Shown piece after piece: positions 58,729-64,000 of a stretch of DNA of 64,000 nucleotides (its first letter is position 1; each line of letters opens with the position of its first letter). Below the pieces are notes generated by a model, which searched no databases, had not been told where the DNA came from, and saw only the letters and a list, made by a program, of their open reading frames with translations. The translations under genes were made by a program, and so were the position numbers. The stretch covers positions 4,096,001 to 4,160,000 of the forward strand of contig CAXXLX010000001.1 in the NCBI GenBank assembly GCA_963665235.2, written 5' to 3'. This stretch comes from Candidatus Poribacteria bacterium. Its GTDB lineage: Bacteria; Poribacteria; WGA-4E; WGA-3G.

Positions 58729-58790
58729 TGGAGTATTCTCCTTTTAGGTATACGAGGCAACCGCTTTCGTGCTGCCCCTACGAAATATAA

Positions 58791-61700
58791 TCAGTCAGTT
58801 GCAACAAAAGGGGTTAGAATCTGTTGCAGTGCAATTAACAGGTTTTTTCCATCCAAACCTTCTATATCAATCATAAGCTGTGCGGGTGGGCGTAACTGGA
58901 GTTTTGGATTGTTATGAACCGTTTCGATAAATTGTGTCACATCAATTTTCGGTTTGCGTTCGTCAAAGGTTGCTTTGAGCTGCTTGCTTCCAGCAACGAG
59001 ACTGGTGATACCGAGCTGCTGGCTGAGTTGCTTGATGCTTGAGATTTCGAGTAGCATTTCAACCGGCTCTGGCATATCACCGTATCGGTCTTTTAGTTCG
59101 TTCTCCAATTCGCGCCTATCTGTCTCTGTCTTTAGAGCGGAGATTTTCTTGTAGATAGAAATTTTTTGTCGGCTGTCAGGGATATATGTATCCGGCAGAT
59201 ACGCTTCAATTGGCAAATTAATTCGGGTCTCAATTGCCTCCTCAACCTTTTCCCCTTTCAAACCGCGTACCGTTTCTTCAAGCAGTCTACAGTAGAGTTC
59301 GTACCCGATGGTGGCGATATGCCCGTGCTGTTCAGCGCCGAGTATGTTGCCTGCTCCGCGAATTTCTAAGTCACGAAGTGCAATTTTAAACCCGGAACCG
59401 AGGTCGGTAAATTCCTCAATGACGCGAAGTCGTTTTTCTGCGCCCTCGGTTATCGGCATATTTTCCGGATAGAAAAGGTACCCATACGCCTGCTCGTCAG
59501 CGCGCCCCACGCGTCCCCGGAGCTGGTAAAGCTGCGCTAAACCGAACGCATCCGCGCGATTAATCATGATAGTATTGACGTTCGGAATGTCGAGTCCGGA
59601 TTCAATAATCATGGTACAAACGAGAATATCGTGTTTGTGTCGGACAAATTCTAGCATGACCTGTTCCAATTCTCGTTCCGGCATCTGGCCATGGGCGATA
59701 GCGATGCGTGCTTGTGGGACCAGGTTCCGAAGAATCTCGGCAATACTTGCGATGCTCTGCACACGATTATGAACAAAGAAAACTTGCCCATCTCGTGCCA
59801 ATTCGGTGATAATCGCATTTCGTATAACCTCCGGATTATACGGCATGACATAGGTCTGAATAGGCAGCCGATTCGCTGGCGGCGTGTTGATAACGCTGAA
59901 ATCCCGAATGCCGACAAGCGACATGTGCAGGGTACGGGGAATCGGTGTTGCTGTCAACGTAAGCACGTCCACCGTCTCCTTGAACTGTTTAATCTTCTCC
60001 TTATGTTTAACACCGAATCGGTGTTCCTCGTCAACCACGAGGAGCCCGAGGTTGTCAAAGTTGACAGTGCTTGAGAGCAAACTATGCGTGCCGATGACGA
60101 TATCAACGGTCCCCTCAGCAAGCCCGCTCTTGACCGTTTGTATCTCCTTCCGGGTGCGAAACCGATTCAGCATTTCAACGTGTATCGGAAAAGGTTTGAA
60201 ACGTTTTTCAAAGGTGTCATAATGTTGGAGTGCCAGTATAGTTGTTGGTACAAGAACAGCTACCTGTCTTTCTGCCATAACGGCTTTAAAGGCAGCTCGC
60301 AAGGCGACCTCCGTTTTGCCATAACCGACATCACCGCAGATAAGCCTATCCATCGGCACCTCTGCCTCCATGTCCGCCTTAACGTCTTCGATTGCTTGAC
60401 GTTGGTCATCGGTTTCCTGATAAGGGAAAAGAGCTTCAAATTCAGTTTGCCATGGGATATCCACTGGAAAACTGTAACCTTTGCGTGCCTGCCGGGTTGC
60501 ATAGAGTTTTAGGAGGTCATCCGCCATTTCCTCTATTGCTGCCTTGGCACGTCCTTTTTTACGCTGCCAGGCTGTTCCGCCGAGCTGGTCAAGCCGTGGC
60601 GCGTAAGCCTCATCTTTGTTTCCTAAATACTTTTGCACTAACTCAACCTGATAGGTTGGCACATAGAGCCGGTCATCGTCTCTATATTTGAGGACAAGAA
60701 AGTCCTGCGCCTGTCCATCAATATCCATTCGACGGATGCCTTCATATAGTGCTATACCGTTGGAAACGTGCACAACATAGTCCCCAACCTTCAGGTCTAT
60801 CAGGCTGAGAATCGGTGCCCCGTTGTTATAACGTCTTTTCGGTCTTCCCCTGCGTTGCTGGCTTCCGAAGAGCTCGTTTTCTGAAATAACAGCAAATCGT
60901 AGTGATTCATTGAGAAATCCTTCAGAGATAAGCCCGACGCTAACTGAAACACTTTCCGGGGAAAGGTCCCGCTCCATTAACATCTCCAACACGCGCTTTG
61001 CCTGTTGTGGGGTTTCACAGTAAACTTTGATGAGATACGCCTCGGTTGTCCACGTTTTAATATGGTCAATCACCATTTGGTAATTGCCACGACCGAGCCC
61101 GAGCGGTTTCATGCCAAAGTAGAGTTCTGAAACAGATGGCGGCTGCTGGTTATCAGGTACCGGCTCATTATTTACATCGGAAACCAAGGAGATGCGGACA
61201 TTCGGATACCTCCCTAATTCGGTCTGCAGTGTGTTTGCGGGGACTAATAATGTTTCAGGTGCGGGCATCAATTTACCTTCGGTCAGTCTCCGTGAGTATA
61301 TTGTCTGCAGCTGTTCGTGCATCTGTTCAGCCTCCCTTGCCTGCCATCGGGGTTCTACGAGAACCAGAATTGTGTCATCAGGGAGATAATCCATGAGCGT
61401 CTCTGTCTCTGGGAACAGGAGCGGTAGGAAGGCTTCAATGCCATCAATTTCCGTGGGATGTTCCTCAGCTTCGGCCGTTGCCTTCACTAACCAATTTTCC
61501 AAGGATTGTGTCATATCGCGGACAGCATTTATGAGTTCAGGCGTGTTTTCGGACCCATGCATCAATCGCTTAGTTTGTGATTGCCAATGCGTGAGCGAAG
61601 CTTCTGCAAGACACACCTCGGACATTGGCGTGAGCACGACCGATGTATCGTGTTCCACAGAACGTTGCGATGTCGGTTCGAAGAGTCGAATGTCGTCAAG

Positions 61701-62405
61701 CTCATCGCCAAAAAAGTCAAGCCGGACAGGCATATCAGAGGTGAGCGGGTAGACATCTAGGATATCGCCTCGTAAGGCGAATTCTCCCTTCACTTCAACT
61801 AATTCAACCTGTCGGTATCCACCACGGATGAGAAAGGCTGTGAGTTCATCAAGTTCAATCTCATCGCCGATGCGAAGGGTTCGACACATTTTCGTTAAGG
61901 TCACGCGTAGCGGCAGTTTGTAGTATAAGGCCCGAACTGTGGTAAACACAATCTGCTGCTGATTAGGCGGTGAAGCGGTCCCTGCCTTCTCTTGATTTTT
62001 CAAGGTAAGCAGACTATGGAGGCAACACATGCGTGCAACAGTCGTGTTTTTCGCTGGCGAGATGCCATCGAAAAGGGTGTCTTGCCATGCTGGGAACAGC
62101 TGCAGTTCGGGCAGCAAGTCCCCCGGTTTGTTATTGTCCGGTTCAGCCCTCTCTCCCCCTGCCTGCGAGAGGGTTAGGGAGGAATTGTCACAGAATGCAT
62201 GGACCTCATCCAACGCCTGTTCGGCTTCACGTAGTGAAGGGTACACAATGAGAAAAGATTTATCCGGAAAATCAGATAGCAGCGTTGCCAAAAAATAATT
62301 TGTTGAGGCACCAGGTAACCCTCTAAGCCACGGCGGGTTCTCTGAATTCTCAAGGCATTTGAGGACTTTTTGATAATTTTCTGTTTTTCGTAAAATCTCT
62401 AACAC
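58791..62405 (-). CDS. mfd: Transcription-repair coupling factor
   Basis: GEFALRGDILD, GDYVVH, CGDVGYGKTEVA, VDEEHRFG, TATPIPRT, QLRGRVGR, RDLEIRGAGNILG. Confidence 0.97.
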   Translation of the reverse strand: MLEILRKTENYQKVLKCLENSENPPWLRGLPGASTNYFLATLLSDFPDKSFLIVYPSLREAEQALDEVHAFCDNSSLTLSQAGGERAEPDNNKPGDLLPELQLFPAWQDTLFDGISPAKNTTVARMCCLHSLLTLKNQEKAGTASPPNQQQIVFTTVRALYYKLPLRVTLTKMCRTLRIGDEIELDELTAFLIRGGYRQVELVEVKGEFALRGDILDVYPLTSDMPVRLDFFGDELDDIRLFEPTSQRSVEHDTSVVLTPMSEVCLAEASLTHWQSQTKRLMHGSENTPELINAVRDMTQSLENWLVKATAEAEEHPTEIDGIEAFLPLLFPETETLMDYLPDDTILVLVEPRWQAREAEQMHEQLQTIYSRRLTEGKLMPAPETLLVPANTLQTELGRYPNVRISLVSDVNNEPVPDNQQPPSVSELYFGMKPLGLGRGNYQMVIDHIKTWTTEAYLIKVYCETPQQAKRVLEMLMERDLSPESVSVSVGLISEGFLNESLRFAVISENELFGSQQRRGRPKRRYNNGAPILSLIDLKVGDYVVHVSNGIALYEGIRRMDIDGQAQDFLVLKYRDDDRLYVPTYQVELVQKYLGNKDEAYAPRLDQLGGTAWQRKKGRAKAAIEEMADDLLKLYATRQARKGYSFPVDIPWQTEFEALFPYQETDDQRQAIEDVKADMEAEVPMDRLICGDVGYGKTEVALRAAFKAVMAERQVAVLVPTTILALQHYDTFEKRFKPFPIHVEMLNRFRTRKEIQTVKSGLAEGTVDIVIGTHSLLSSTVNFDNLGLLVVDEEHRFGVKHKEKIKQFKETVDVLTLTATPIPRTLHMSLVGIRDFSVINTPPANRLPIQTYVMPYNPEVIRNAIITELARDGQVFFVHNRVQSIASIAEILRNLVPQARIAIAHGQMPERELEQVMLEFVRHKHDILVCTMIIESGLDIPNVNTIMINRADAFGLAQLYQLRGRVGRADEQAYGYLFYPENMPITEGAEKRLRVIEEFTDLGSGFKIALRDLEIRGAGNILGAEQHGHIATIGYELYCRLLEETVRGLKGEKVEEAIETRINLPIEAYLPDTYIPDSRQKISIYKKISALKTETDRRELENELKDRYGDMPEPVEMLLEISSIKQLSQQLGITSLVAGSKQLKATFDERKPKIDVTQFIETVHNNPKLQLRPPAQLMIDIEGLDGKNLLIALQQILTPFVATD

Positions 62406-62408
62406 GAA

Positions 62409-63257
62409 TTATTCCTTGCTATTTACGATTTCAATTTTTTCTAACGTTGCTGTCGTTTTTCCAATTTTGGTTTCCGCCTCAATTTTGATAGGGAGATGAC
62501 GCGCGTCATCGGTTAACCAGAGCTTACCCCCATCTGAGGTTCGGACCAAGAGTGTTTTGACTCTCATTTTGTTTTTACCTAAGGCTTTAGTTTCTAACAT
62601 CTCTCCTCGTTCAACCGTGAGTTCCATCTTGCGCAATTCACCTTTTATAATTAGCGGAAAGAGGTAGGTATTCCCGGGGGCTATCTGCTTAGTGCGCAAG
62701 AAGTATACCATAGATAGTTCGTCTTGCGTGCCAATTGGAATCTCTATGTCCTTTTTATCACGTTTTTCTGGCGATTTTGGATTGTTCTGCGACCGTTTCT
62801 CATATTCCGCCAGCCCTTCCCGAAAATTAATTTCAACGAAAGCTCTATACTTTTTATCTTGCACCTGATTTCTAAAACGGAGTGGATGGAATCCTACAAC
62901 GTTGAGAAAGGTAGACTGATGACTTCGAAAATGATACCATCTCGCCCACGCTCCGGTTTTTGCATCAGAACTGATGTGGTAAACTCGCTGCCCATTCCAC
63001 AACATCGTTTTCCGGATATAGTCCACCCGTTTGCCGGCTGAAATCCGTCTGACCTTGACATTGTAAGTCAACTTCTCACCCACTCGGAGGGGCTGTTCGG
63101 CAACGTTTTCAACATTAACAAGTGAAATCGCTTCCCCTTGCTGATTGCTGGATAATCCGTTTTTAGCGGCTAGGTCTGCCCGGATAACTTCGGAAATTAA
63201 CAGACTCATCCCTATTAACAGAATCAGCGTTAAGTACTTGGGATATTTCACATTCAT
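62409..63257 (-). CDS. DUF3108-like exported protein
   Basis: Signal peptide; GEKLTYNV, QDELSMVYFLR, WLTDDARHLPIKI. Confidence 0.75.
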   Translation of the reverse strand: MNVKYPKYLTLILLIGMSLLISEVIRADLAAKNGLSSNQQGEAISLVNVENVAEQPLRVGEKLTYNVKVRRISAGKRVDYIRKTMLWNGQRVYHISSDAKTGAWARWYHFRSHQSTFLNVVGFHPLRFRNQVQDKKYRAFVEINFREGLAEYEKRSQNNPKSPEKRDKKDIEIPIGTQDELSMVYFLRTKQIAPGNTYLFPLIIKGELRKMELTVERGEMLETKALGKNKMRVKTLLVRTSDGGKLWLTDDARHLPIKIEAETKIGKTTATLEKIEIVNSKE

Positions 63258-63301
63258 CCCTCCAGAAGATTACTCACTAATTTCAGGTTTCTGATTCGAT
63301 T

Positions 63302-63904
63302 TTAAAACCGGTGTGTAAACATCAGTGCATGTGTTCCGTTCAGAGTTTGTTGCATCTGGACAGAAATTCTTCGATGGTTATAGGCTTTAACCGTATGTGA
63401 GGCATCCAGAATATTCCAGACATGCAGTCCAATGCCCGTGATTAGAAAAAGCGCGCCCCGGAGACTACGATCCCTCATTCTCGCTTGAACCTGATTACTG
63501 TCTAAGAAGCTGTCTGTCCGTTCATCATAGAAGCCTGTTTGAAAAGCGTCGTGGTTTCTGTAGTGTAATGCACGTGCGATGTTGTATCCCGCCAGTGCAA
63601 AAACACCCAATTCAGCTGTGAGAAAAAGCGTGGCTTTCGTGTAATTGTCCGCATAAGCTTGCCCTAAACCGGGCATAGCTGCGGATAAAAGTGCCGCTTT
63701 TCGGGGACTCCGTTCCGGATAATATCGGGCTGCGTGTGCCCGAAAAAGTGGATACACCGTTGTTTCTGGCTCGGCGCGGGACATCTCCTGACGCGACACC
63801 GGTTTCTGCCCCTGCGGCGATGGCTCCTCAAGCGAGAATACCACGGTTGGTGTGTAAACTACGGTCAGTAGGACAATTAAGAAAAGCATGCGGTAATTTT
63901 TCAT
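63302..63904 (-). CDS. DUF5683-like membrane protein
   Basis: SPRKAALLSAAMPGLGQAY...WNILDA. Confidence 0.7.
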   Translation of the reverse strand: MKNYRMLFLIVLLTVVYTPTVVFSLEEPSPQGQKPVSRQEMSRAEPETTVYPLFRAHAARYYPERSPRKAALLSAAMPGLGQAYADNYTKATLFLTAELGVFALAGYNIARALHYRNHDAFQTGFYDERTDSFLDSNQVQARMRDRSLRGALFLITGIGLHVWNILDASHTVKAYNHRRISVQMQQTLNGTHALMFTHRF

Positions 63905-64000
63905 AAGCTCTCTTTTGAGTTGCACATTTTTAGGGCACCGCTCACTTGAATTTACAAGGTTATTTGACAGATAACGGGCCTCTGTTTTTTCAACGGGGCA

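Noticed and set aside
1-64000. tRNA/rRNA genes, prophage, intact IS transposase
   Set aside because: No recognisable signatures by eye; a covariance-model search was not possible

Overview
Bacterial chromosomal window with no rRNA, tRNA, CRISPR array or intact transposase that I can see. Expanded secreted WD40 proteins, a PhyH dioxygenase, a LamG protein ending KLTTMWGNIK and cohesin/dockerin modules suggest Candidatus Poribacteria; this is an inference. 1-13.3 kb is a minus-strand cluster of WD40 beta-propeller genes. It is headed by two ECF sigma-WD40 genes (one intact with a TM helix, one broken) that share an upstream ECF-type promoter motif. 13.5-40 kb holds metabolic and envelope genes, an amidase/epimerase pair, an expanded nfeD-floA-yqfB operon, sugar kinases, a secreted nuclease and an Rpn nuclease with a duplicated alternative C-terminal cassette. 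41.5-47.9 kb is a plus-strand cluster: MNT-HEPN fusion, a split MNT/HEPN copy with an in-frame A_AAA_AAG slippery site, a tandem active/inactive nucleotidyltransferase protein and a divergent UvrA. 51-64 kb is an mfd-PPIase-PPIase-surA-lptD cluster in which LptD carries a ~410-aa parvulin insertion. Intergenic DNA holds several GTAG-type REP families, REP tandem arrays, MITEs that carry or target REPs, and a 28-29-nt hairpin cassette that replaces the REP CTAC/GTAG tetranucleotide. All calls come from motif recognition by eye; no database searches were run.
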